Shown here: piece by piece, positions 1-12,295 of the stretch
How positions within the stretch are numbered: position 1 is the first letter of the stretch
How the letters are laid out: the number at the start of each line of letters is the position of its first letter
Assembly: GCA_964057225.1 (NCBI GenBank)
Contig: OZ059897.1
Span: forward strand, 19,158,001-19,222,000
Length of the DNA: 64,000 bases
Reading direction: 5' to 3'
From: Auanema rhodensis
Taxonomy: Eukaryota; Animalia; Nematoda
The notes under the pieces: model-generated
Told to the model about the DNA's origin: nothing
The model's input: the letters and a program-made list of their open reading frames with translations, nothing else
The model's database searches: none
Made by a program: the position numbers and the translations under genes

Positions 1-108
1 ACACAGATCGACGCAGCTTAAAAATCCGCATCGAATGCACTATACTACATTGAGAAACACTTGATACAAAAATTAGTTATGATCGTTTGAAAAATGATGC
101 ATTAGTGT

Positions 109-136
109 ATGTTGAGTTTCCATGTACACTCAACAT
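109..136. other. Perfect 9-bp inverted repeat with a 10-nt spacer (example copy; recurs per monomer)
   Basis: atgttgagt-ttccatgtac-actcaacat. Confidence 0.85.
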
Positions 137-319
137 TGCTTCCAAAAACATTTTGACAAAAATTTTTTCGAAAAATTTCAAAATAATTCAGCAAAAAGTA
201 GATGTTTTTAGATTCCTTTTTTCAAGGCAAAGACGATGGACAATGTTATTCAACGAAAAAAATTAATTCTTCAGGGTGAAAATCGGGTATATATGTGTGT
301 ACTTATATCAGTTGATATC

Positions 320-386
320 TCGGTGCATTTTTAAGCTAGCGCAAATCTGATAACACAGATCGACGCAGCTTAAAAATCCGCATCGA
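320..386. other. Imperfect inverted repeat with arms of about 30 bp (example copy; recurs once per monomer)
   Basis: tcggtgc-atttttaagct-agcgcaa-atctg [ataaca] cagat-cgacgc-agcttaaaaat-ccgcatcga. It has perfect 11-bp and 5-bp stems. Confidence 0.85.
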
Positions 387-1693
387 ATGCAGTATACTAC
401 ATTGAGAAACACTTGATACAAAAATTAGTTATGATCGTTTGAAAAATGATGCATTAGTGTATGTTGAGTTTCCATGTACACTCAACATTGCTTCCAAAAA
501 CATTTTGACAAAAATTTTTTCAAAAAAATTTCAAAATAATTCAGCAAAAAGTAGATGTTTTTAGATTCCATTTTTCAAGGCAAAGACGATGGACAATGTT
601 ATTCAACGAAAAAATTAATTCTTCAGGGTGAAAATCGAGGATATAAGTGTGAACTTATAAAAGTTGATATCTCGGTGCATTTTTAAGCTAGCGCAAATCT
701 GATAACACAGATCGACGCAGCTTAAAAATCCGCATCGAATGCACTATACTACATTGAGAAACGCTTGATACAAAAATTAGTTATAATCGTTTGAAAAATG
801 ATGCATTAGTGTATGTTGAGTTTCCATGTACACTCAACATTGCTTCCAAAAACATTTTGACAAAAATTTTTTCGAAAAATTTCAAAATAATTTAGCAAAA
901 AGTAGATGTTTTTAGATTCCTTTTTTCAAGGCAAAGACGATGGACAATGTTATTTAACGAAAAAATTAATTCTTCAGGGTGAAAATCGAGGATATAAGTG
1001 TAAACTTATATCAGTTGATATCTCGGTGCATTTTTAAGCTAGCGCAAATCTGATAACACAGATCGACGCAGCTTAAAAATCCGCATCGAATGCACTATAC
1101 TACATTGAGAAACACTTGATACAAAAATTAGTTATGATCGTTTGAAAAATGATGCATTAGTGTATGTTGAGTTTCCATGTACACTCAACATTGCTTCCAA
1201 AAACATTTTGACAAAAATTTTTTCGAAAAATTTCAAAATAATTTAGCAAAAAGTAGATGTTTTTAGATTCCTTTTTTCAAGGCAAAGACGATGGACAATG
1301 TTATTCAACGAAAAAAATTAATTCTTCAGGGTGAAAATCGGGTATATATGTGTGTACTTATATCAGTTGATATCTCGGTGCATTTTTAAGCTAGCGCAAA
1401 TCTGATAACACAGATCGACGCAGCTTAAAAATCCGCATCGAATGCACTATACTACATTGAGAAACACTTGATACAAAAATTAGTTATGATCGTTTGAAAA
1501 ATGATGCATTAGTGTATGTTGAGTTTCCATGTACACTCAACATTGCTTCCAAAAACATTTTGACAAAAATTTTTTCGAAAAATTTCAAAATAATTCAGCA
1601 AAAAGTAGATGTTTTTAGATTCCATTTTTCAAGGCAAAGACGATGGACAATGTTATTCAACGAAAAAATTATTTCTTCAGGGTGAAAATCGAG

Positions 1694-1715
1694 GATATAA
1701 GTGTGAACTTATATC
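1694..1715. other. Perfect 9-bp inverted repeat with a 4-nt loop (example copy; intact in the major haplotype)
   Basis: gatataagt-gtga-acttatatc. Confidence 0.85.
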
Positions 1716-4700
1716 AGTTGATATCTCGGTGCATTTTTAAGCTAGCGCAAATCTGATAACACAGATCGACGCAGCTTAAAAATCCGCATCGAATGCACTA
1801 TACTACATTGAGAAACGCTTAATACAAAAATTAGTTATGATCGTTTGAAAAATGATGCATTAGTGTATGTTGAGTTTCCATGTACACTCAACATTGCTTC
1901 CAAAAACATTTTGACAAAAATTTTTTCGAAAAATTTCAAAATAATTTAGCAAAAAGTAGATGTTTTTAGATTCCTTTTTTCAAGGCAAAGACGATGGACA
2001 ATGTTATTCAACGAAAAAAATTAATTCTTCAGGGTGAAAATCGGGTATATATGTGTGTACTTATATCAGTTGATATCTCGGTGCATTTTTAAGCTAGCGC
2101 AAATCTGATAACACAGATCGACGCAGCTTAAAAATCCGCATCGAATGCACTATACTACATTGAGAAACACTTGATACAAAAATTAGTTATGATCGTTTGA
2201 AAAATGATGCATTAGTGTATGTTGAGTTTCCATGTACACTCAACATTGCTTCCAAAAACATTTTGACAAAAATTTTTTCGAAAAATTTCAAAATAATTCA
2301 GCAAAAAGTAGATGTTTTTAGATTCCATTTTTCAAGGCAAAGACGATGGACAATGTTATTCAACGAAAAAATTAATTCTTCAGGGTGAAAATCGAGGATA
2401 TAAGTGTGAACTTATAAAAGTTGATATCTCGGTGCATTTTTAAGCTAGCGCAAATCTGATAACACAGATCGACGCAGCTTAAAAATCCGCATCGAATGCA
2501 CTATACTACATTGAGAAACGCTTGATACAAAAATTAGTTATAATCGTTTGAAAAATGATGCATTAGTGTATGTTGAGTTTCCATGTACACTCAACATTGC
2601 TTCCAAAAACATTTTGACAAAAATTTTTTCGAAAAATTTCAAAATAATTTAGCAAAAAGTAGATGTTTTTAGATTTCATTTTTCAAGGCAAAGACGATGG
2701 ACAATGTTATTCAACGAAAAAATTAATTCTTCAGGGTGAAAATCGAGGATATAAGTGTGAACTTATAAAAGTTGATATCTCGGTGCATTTTTAAGCTAGC
2801 GCAAATCTGATAACACAGATCGACGCAGCTTAAAAATCCGCATCGAATGCACTATACTACATTGAGAAACGCTTAATACAAAAATTAGTTATGATCGTTT
2901 GAAAAATGATGCATTAGTGTATGTTGAGTTTCCATGTACACTCAACATTGCTTCCAAAAACATTTTGACAAAAATTTTTTCGAAAAATTTCAAAATAATT
3001 TAGCAAAAAGTAGATGTTTTTAGATTTCATTTTTCAAGGCAAAGACGATGGACAATGTTATTCAACGAAAAAATTAATTCTTCAGGGTGAAAATCGAGGA
3101 TATAAGTGTGAACTTATAAAAGTTGATATCTCGGTGCATTTTTAAGCTAGCGCAAATCTGATAACACAGATCGACGCAGCTTAAAAATCCGCATCGAATG
3201 CACTATACTAGATTAAGAAACGCTTGATACAAAAATTAGTTATGATCGTTTGAAAAATGATGCATTAGTGTATGTTGAGTTTCCATGTACACTCAACATT
3301 GCTTCCAAAAACATTTTGACAAAAATTTTTTCGAAAAATTTCAAAATAATTTAGCAAAAAGTAGATGTTTTTAGATTCCTTTTTTCAAGGCAAAGACGAT
3401 GGACAATGTTATTCAACGAAAAAAATTAATTCTTCAGGGTGAAAATCGGGTATATATGTGTGTACTTATATCAGTTGATATCTCGGTGCATTTTTAAGCT
3501 AGCGCAAATCTGATAACACAGATCGACGCAGCTTAAAAATCCGCATCGAATGCAGTATACTACATTGAGAAACACTTGATACAAAAATTAGTTATGATCG
3601 TTTGAAAAATGATGCATTAGTGTATGTTGAGTTTCCATGTACACTCAACATTGCTTCCAAAAACATTTTGACAAAAATTTTTTCAAAAAAATTTCAAAAT
3701 AATTCAGCAAAAAGTAGATGTTTTTAGATTCCATTTTTCAAGGCAAAGACGATGGACAATGTTATTCAACGAAAAAATTAATTCTTCAGGGTGAAAATCG
3801 AGGATATAAGTGTGAACTTATAAAAGTTGATATCTCGGTGCATTTTTAAGCTAGCGCAAATCTGATAACACAGATCGACGCAGCTTAAAAATCCGCATCG
3901 AATGCACTATACTACATTGAGAAACGCTTGATACAAAAATTAGTTATAATCGTTTGAAAAATGATGCATTAGTGTATGTTGAGTTTCCATGTACACTCAA
4001 CATTGCTTCCAAAAACATTTTGACAAAAATTTTTTCGAAAAATTTCAAAATAATTTAGCAAAAAGTAGATGTTTTTAGATTTCATTTTTCAAGGCAAAGA
4101 CGATGGACAATGTTATTCAACGAAAAAATTAATTCTTCAGGGTGAAAATCGAGGATATAAGTGTGAACTTATAAAAGTTGATATCTCGGTGCATTTTTAA
4201 GCTAGCGCAAATCTGATAACACAGATCGACGCAGCTTAAAAATCCGCATCGAATGCACTATACTACATTGAGAAACGCTTAATACAAAAATTAGTTATGA
4301 TCGTTTGAAAAATGATGCATTAGTGTATGTTGAGTTTCCATGTACACTCAACATTGCTTCCAAAAACATTTTGACAAAAATTTTTTCGAAAAATTTCAAA
4401 ATAATTTAGCAAAAAGTAGATGTTTTTAGATTCCTTTTTTCAAGGCAAAGACGATGGACAATGTTATTCAACGAAAAAAATTAATTCTTCAGGGTGAAAA
4501 TCGGGTATATATGTGTGTACTTATATCAGTTGATATCTCGGTGCATTTTTAAGCTAGCGCAAATCTGATAACACAGATCGACGCAGCTTAAAAATCCGCA
4601 TCGAATGCACTATACTACATTGAGAAACACTTGATACAAAAATTAGTTATGATCGTTTGAAAAATGATGCATTAGTGTATGTTGAGTTTCCATTTACACT

Positions 4701-7700
4701 CAACATTGCTTCCAAAAACATTTTGACAAAAATTTTTTCGAAAAATTTCAAAATAATTCAGCAAAAAGTAGATGTTTTTAGATTCCATTTTTCAAGGCAA
4801 AGACGATGGACAATGTTATTCAACGAAAAAATTAATTCTTCAGGGTGAAAATCGAGGATATAAGTGTGAACTTATAAAAGTTGATATCTCGGTGCATTTT
4901 TAAGCTAGCGCAAATCTGATAACACAGATCGACGCAGCTTAAAAATCCGCATCGAATGCACTATACTACATTGAGAAACGCTTGATACAAAAATTAGTTA
5001 TAATCGTTTGAAAAATGATGCATTAGTGTATGTTGAGTTTCCATGTACACTCAACATTGCTTCCAAAAACATTTTGACAAAAATTTTTTCGAAAAATTTC
5101 AAAATAATTTAGCAAAAAGTAGATGTTTTTAGATTTCATTTTTCAAGGCAAAGACGATGGACAATGTTATTCAACGAAAAAATTAATTCTTCAGGGTGAA
5201 AATCGAGGATATAAGTGTGAACTTATAAAAGTTGATATCTCGGTGCATTTTTAAGCTAGCGCAAATCTGATAACACAGATCGACGCAGCTTAAAAATCCG
5301 CATCGAATGCACTATACTACATTGAGAAACGCTTGATACAAAAATTAGTTCTGATGGTTTGAAAAATGATGCATTAGTGTATGTTGAGTTTCCATGTACA
5401 CTCAACATTGCTTCCAAAAACATTTTGACAAAAATTTTTTCGAAAAATTTCAGAATAATTTAGCAAAAAGTAGATGTTTTTAGATTCCATTTTTCAAGGC
5501 AAAGACGATGGACAATGTTATTCAACGAAAAAATTAATTCTTCAGGGTGAAAATCGAGGATATAAGTGTGAACTTATAAAAGTTGATATCTCGGTGCATT
5601 TTTAAGCTAGCGCAAATCTGATAACACAGATCGACGCAGCTTAAAAATCCGCATCGAATGCACTATACTACATTGAGAAACGCTTGATACAAAAATTAGT
5701 TATAATCGTTTGAAAAATGATGCATTAGTGTATGTTGAGTTTCCATGTACACTCAACATTGCTTCCAAAAACATTTTGACAAAAATTTTTTCGAAAAATT
5801 TCAAAATAATTTAGCAAAAAGTAGATGTTTTTAGATTTCATTTTTCAAGGCAAAGACGATGGACAATGTTATTCAACGAAAAAATTAATTCTTCAGGGTG
5901 AAAATCGAGGATATAAGTGTGAACTTATAAAAGTTGATATCTCGGTGCATTTTTAAGCTAGCGCAAATCTGATAACACAGATCGACGCAGCTTAAAAATC
6001 CGCATCGAATGCACTATACTACATTGAGAAACGCTTAATACAAAAATTAGTTATGATCGTTTGAAAAATGATGCATTAGTGTATGTTGAGTTTCCATGTA
6101 CACTCAACATTGCTTCCAAAAACATTTTGACAAAAATTTTTTCGAAAAATTTCAAAATAATTTAGCAAAAAGTAGATGTTTTTAGATTTCATTTTTCAAG
6201 GCAAAGACGATGGACAATGTTATTCAACGAAAAAATTAATTCTTCAGGGTGAATATCGAGGATATAAGTGTGAACTTATAAAAGTTGATATCTCGGTGCA
6301 TTTTTAAGCTAGCGCAAATCTGATAACACAGATCGACGCAGCTTAAAAATCCGCATCGAATGCACTATACTACATTGAGAAACGCTTGATACAAAAATTA
6401 GTTCTGATGGTTTGAAAAATGATGCATTAGTGTATGTTGAGTTTCCATGTACACTCAACATTGCTTCCAAAAACATTTTGACAAAAATTTTTTCGAAAAA
6501 TTTCAGAATAATTTAGCAAAAAGTAGATGTTTTTAGATTCCATTTTTCAAGGCAAAGACGATGGACAATGTTATTCAACGAAAAAATTAATTCTTCAGGG
6601 TGAAAATCGAGGATATAAGTGTGAACTTATATCAGTTGATATCTCGGTGCATTTTTAAGCTAGCGCAAATCTGATAACACAGATCGACGCAGCTTAAAAA
6701 TCCGCATCGAATGCACTATACTACATTGAGAAACGCTTAATACAAAAATTAGTTATGATCGTTTGAAAAATGATGCATTAGTGTATGTTGAGTTTCCATG
6801 TACACTCAACATTGCTTCCAAAAACATTTTGACAAAAATTTTTTCGAAAAATTTCAAAATTATTTAGCAAAAAGTAGATGTTTTTAGATTTCATTTTTCA
6901 AGGCAAAGACGATGGACAATGTTATTCAACGAAAAAATTATTTCTTCAGGGTGAAAATCGAGGATATAAGTGTGAACTTATAAAAGTTGATATCTCGGTG
7001 CATTTTTAAGCTAGCGCAAATCTGATAACACAGATCGACGCAGCTTAAAAATCCGCATCGAATGCACTATACTACATTGAGAAACGCTTAATACAAAAAT
7101 TAGTTATGATCGTTTGAAAAATGATGCATTAGTGTATGTTGAGTTTCCATGTACACTCAACATTGCTTCCAAAAACATTTTGACAAAAATTTTTTCGAAA
7201 AATTTCAAAATAATTTAGCAAAAAGTAGATGTTTTTAGATTTCATTTTTCAAGGCAAAGACGATGGACAATGTTATTCAACGAAAAAATTAATTCTTCAG
7301 GGTGAAAATCGAGGATATAAGTGTGAACTTATAAAAGTTGATATCTCGGTGCATTTTTAAGCTAGCGCAAATCTGATAACACAGATCGACGCAGCTTAAA
7401 AATCCGCATCGAATGCACTATACTACATTAAGAAACGCTTGATACAAAAATTAGTTATGATCGTTTGAAAAATGATGCATTAGTGTATGTTGAGTTTCCA
7501 TGTACACTCAACATTGCTTCCAAAAACATTTTGACAAAAATTTTTTCGAAAAATTTCAAAATAATTTAGCAAAAAGTAGATGTTTTTAGATTCCTTTTTT
7601 CAAGGCAAAGACGATGGACAATGTTATTCAACGAAAAAAATTAATTCTTCAGGGTGAAAATCGGGTATATATGTGTGTACTTATATCAGTTGATATCTCG

Positions 7701-10700
7701 GTGCATTTTTAAGCTAGCGCAAATCTGATAACACAGATCGACGCAGCTTAAAAATCCGCATCGAATGCACTATACTACATTGAGAAACACTTGATACAAA
7801 AATTAGTTATGATCGTTTGAAAAATGATGCATTAGTGTATGTTGAGTTTCCATGTACACTCAACATTGCTTCCAAAAACATTTTGACAAAAATTTTTTCA
7901 AAAAAATTTCAAAATAATTCAGCAAAAAGTAGATGTTTTTAGATTCCATTTTTCAAGGCAAAAACGATGGACAATGTTATTCAACGAAAAAATTAATTCT
8001 TCAGGGTGAAAATCGAGGATATAAGTGTGAACTTATAAAAGTTGATATCTCGGTGCATTTTTAAGCTAGCGCAAATCTGATAACACAGATCGACGCAGCT
8101 TAAAAATCCGCATCGAATGCACTATACTACATTGAGAAACGCTTGATACAAAAATTAGTTATAATCGTTTGAAAAATGATGCATTAGTGTATGTTGAGTT
8201 TCCATGTACACTCAACATTGCTTCCAAAAACATTTTGACAAAAATTTTTTCGAAAAATTTCAAAATAATTTAGCAAAAAGTAGATGTTTTTAGATTTCAT
8301 TTTTCAAGGCAAAGACGATGGACAATGTTATTCAACGAAAAAATTAATTCTTCAGGGTGAAAATCGAGGATATAAGTGTGAACTTATAAAAGTTGATATC
8401 TCGGTGCATTTTTAAGCTAGCGCAAATCTGATAACACAGATCGACGCAGCTTAAAAATCCGCATCGAATGCACTATACTACATTGAGAAACGCTTAATAC
8501 AAAAATTAGTTATGATCGTTTGAAAAATGATGCATTAGTGTATGTTGAGTTTCCATGTACACTCAACATTGCTTCCAAAAACATTTTGACAAAAATTTTT
8601 TCGAAAAATTTCAAAATAATTTAGCAAAAAGTAGATGTTTTTAGATTTCATTTTTCAAGGCAAAGACGATGGACAATGTTATTCAACGAAAAAATTAATT
8701 CTTCAGGGTGAAAATCGAGGATATAAGTGTGAACTTATAAAAGTTGATATCTCGGTGCATTTTTAAGCTAGCGCAAATCTGATAACACAGATCGACGCAG
8801 CTTAAAAATCCGCATCGAATGCACTATACTACATTGAGAAACGCTTGATACAAAAATTAGTTCTGATGGTTTGAAAAATGAAGCATTAGTGTATGTTGAG
8901 TTTCCATGTACACTCAACATTGCTTCCAAAAACATTTTGACAAAAATTTTTTCGAAAAATTTCAGAATAATTTAGCAAAAAGTAGATGTTTTTAGATTCC
9001 ATTTTTCAAGGCAAAGACGATGGACAATGTTATTCAACGAAAAAATTAATTCTTCAGGGTGAAAATCGAGGATATAAGTGTGAACTTATATCAGTTGATA
9101 TCTCGGTGCATTTTTAAGCTAGCGCAAATCTGATAACACAGATCGACGCAGCTTAAAAATCCGGATCGAATGCACTATACTACATTGAGAAACGCTTGAT
9201 ACAAAAATTAGTTATAATCGTTTGAAAAATGATGCATTAGTGTATGTTGAGTTTCCATGTACACTCAACATTGCTTCCAAAAACATTTTGACAAAAATTT
9301 TTTCGAAAAATTTCAAAATAATTTAGCAAAAAGTAGATGTTTTTAGATTTCATTTTTCAAGGCAAAGACGATGGACAATGTTATTCAACGAAAAAATTAA
9401 TTCTTCAGGGTGAAAATCGAGGATATAAGTGTGAACTTATAAAAGTTGATATCTCGGTGCATTTTTAAGCTAGCGCAAATCTGATAACACAGATCGACGC
9501 AGCTTAAAAATCCGCATCGAATGCACTATACTACATTGAGAAACGCTTGATACAAAAATTAGTTCTGATGGTTTGAAAAATGATGCATTAGTGTATGTTG
9601 AGTTTCCATGTACACTCAACATTGCTTCCAAAAACATTTTGACAAAAATTTTTTCGAAAAATTTCAGAATAATTTAGCAAAAAGTAGATGTTTTTAGATT
9701 CCATTTTTCAAGGCAAAGACGATGGACAATGTTATTCAACGAAAAAATTAATTCTTCAGGGTGAAAATCGAGGATATAAGTGTGAACTTATATCAGTTGA
9801 TATCTCGGTGCATTTTTAAGCTAGCGCAAATCTGATAACACAGATCGACGCAGCTTAAAAATCCGCATCGAATGCACTATACTACATTGAGAAACACTTG
9901 ATACAAAAATTAGTTATGATCGTTTGAAAAATGATGCATTAGTGTATGTTGAGTTTCCATGTACACTCAACATTGCTTCCAAAAACATTTTGACAAAAAT
10001 TTTTTCGAAAAATTTCAAAATAATTTAGCAAAAAGTAGAAGTTTTTAGATTCCTTTTTTCAAGGCAAAGACGATGGACAATGTTATTCAACGAAAAAATT
10101 AATTCTTCAGGGTGAAAATCGAGGATATAAGTGTGAACTTATAAAAGTTGATATCTCGGTGCATTTTTAAGCTAGCGCAAATCTGATAACACAGATCGAC
10201 GCAGCTTAAAAATCCGCATCGAATGCACTATACTACATTGAGAAACGCTTAATACAAAAATTAGTTATGATCGTTTGAAAAATGATGCATTAGTGTATGT
10301 TGAGTTTCCATGTACACTCAACATTGCTTCCAAAAACATTTTGACAAAAATTTTTTCGAAAAATTTCAAAATAATTTAGCAAAAAGTAGATGTTTTTAGA
10401 TTTCATTTTTCAAGGCAAAGACGATGGACAATGTTATTCAACGAAAAAATTAATTCTTCAGGGTGAAAATCGAGGATATAAGTGTGAACTTATAAAAGTT
10501 GATATCTCGGTGCATTTTTAAGCTAGCGCAAATCTGATAACACAGATCGACGCAGCTTAAAAATCCGCATCGAATGCACTATACTACATTGAGAAACGCT
10601 TAATACAAAAATTAGTTATGATCGTTTGAAAAATGATGCATTAGTGTATGTTGAGTTTCCATGTACACTCAACATTGCTTCCAAAAACATTTTGACAAAA

Positions 10701-12295
10701 ATTTTTTCGAAAAATTTCAAAATAATTTAGCAAAAAGTAGATGTTTTTAGATTCCTTTTCTCAAGGCAAAGACGATGGACAATGTTATTTAACGAAAAAA
10801 TTAATTCTTCAGGGTGAAAATCGAGGATATAAGTGTGAACTTATATCAGTTGATATCTCGGTGCATTTTTAAGCTAGCGCAAATCTGATAACACAGATCG
10901 ACGCAGCTTAAAAATCCGCATCGAATGCACTATACTACATTGAGAAACGCTTAATACAAAAATTAGTTATGATCGTTTGAAAAATGATGCATTAGTGTAT
11001 GTTGAGTTTCCATGTACACTCAACATTGCTTCCAAAAACATTTTGACAAAAATTTTTTCGAAAAATTTCAAAATAATTTAGCAAAAAGTAGATGTTTTTA
11101 GATTCCTTTTTTCAAGGCAAAGACGATGGACAATGTTATTCAACGAAAAAAATTAATTCTTCAGGGTGAAAATCGGGTATATATGTGTGTACTTATATCA
11201 GTTGATATCTCGGTGCATTTTTAAGCTAGCGCAAATCTGATAACACAGATCGACGCAGCTTAAAAATCCGCATCGAATGCACTATACTACATTGAGAAAC
11301 GCTTAATACAAAAATTAGTTATGATCGTTTGAAAAATGATGCATTAGTGTATGTTGAGTTTCCATGTACACTCAACATTGCTTCCAAAAACATTTTGACA
11401 AAAATTTTTTCGAAAAATTTCAAAATAATTCAGCAAAAAGTAGATGTTTTTAGATTCCATTTTTCAAGGCAAAGACGATGGACAATGTTATTCAACGAAA
11501 AAATTATTTCTTCAGGGTGAAAATCGAGGATATAAGTGTGAACTTATATCAGTTGATATCTCGGTGCATTTTTAAGCTAGCGCAAATCTGATAACACAGA
11601 TCGACGCAGCTTAAAAATCCGCATCGAATGCACTATACTACATTGAGAAACGCTTAATACAAAAATTAGTTATGATCGTTTGAAAAATGATGCATTAGTG
11701 TATGTTGAGTTTCCATGTACACTCAACATTGCTTCCAAAAACATTTTGACAAAAATTTTTTCGAAAAATTTCAAAATAATTTAGCAAAAAGTAGATGTTT
11801 TTAGATTTCATTTTTCAAGGCAAAGACGATGGACAATGTTATTCAACGAAAAAATTAATTCTTCAGGGTGAAAATCGAGGATATAAGTGTGAACTTATAA
11901 AAGTTGATATCTCGGTGCATTTTTAAGCTAGCGCAAATCTGATAACACAGATCGACGCAGCTTAAAAATCCGCATCGAATGCACTATACTACATTGAGAA
12001 ACGCTTGATACAAAAATTAGTTCTGATGGTTTGAAAAATGATGCATTAGTGTATGTTGAGTTTCCATGTACACTCAACATTGCTTCCAAAAACATTTTGA
12101 CAAAAATTTTTTCGAAAAATTTCAAAATAATTTAGCAAAAAGTAGATGTTTTTAGATTTCATTTTTCAAGGCAAAGACGATGGACAATGTTATTCAACGA
12201 AAAAATTAATTCTTCAGGGTGAAAATCGAGGATATAAGTGTGAACTTATAAAAGTTGATATCTCGGTGCATTTTTAAGCTAGCGCAAATCTGATA

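Noticed and set aside
242-258. CENP-B box-like motif on the minus strand (TTTCGTTGAATAACATT)
   Set aside because: It matches the TTCG and the central A of nTTCGnnnnAnnCGGGn but lacks CGGG, giving only 5 of 9 essential positions.
287-340. Helitron-like 3' end (hairpin followed by CTAG)
   Set aside because: The hairpin is AT-rich and about 26 nt from the CTAG, the CTAG is followed by C rather than T, and there is no element boundary or RepHel sequence.
1-352. Tandem 5S rRNA, tRNA, snRNA or spliced-leader gene repeat
   Set aside because: No recognisable 5S sequence, tRNA cloverleaf with a GTTC T-loop, or known leader motif on either strand. An Rfam/Infernal search would settle it.
1-352. Assignment to a known satellite of similar length (e.g. 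Drosophila 359-bp 1.688 or beetle 350-360-bp satellites)
   Set aside because: Only length and AT richness are similar. I could not recognise sequence identity, so no name is given.
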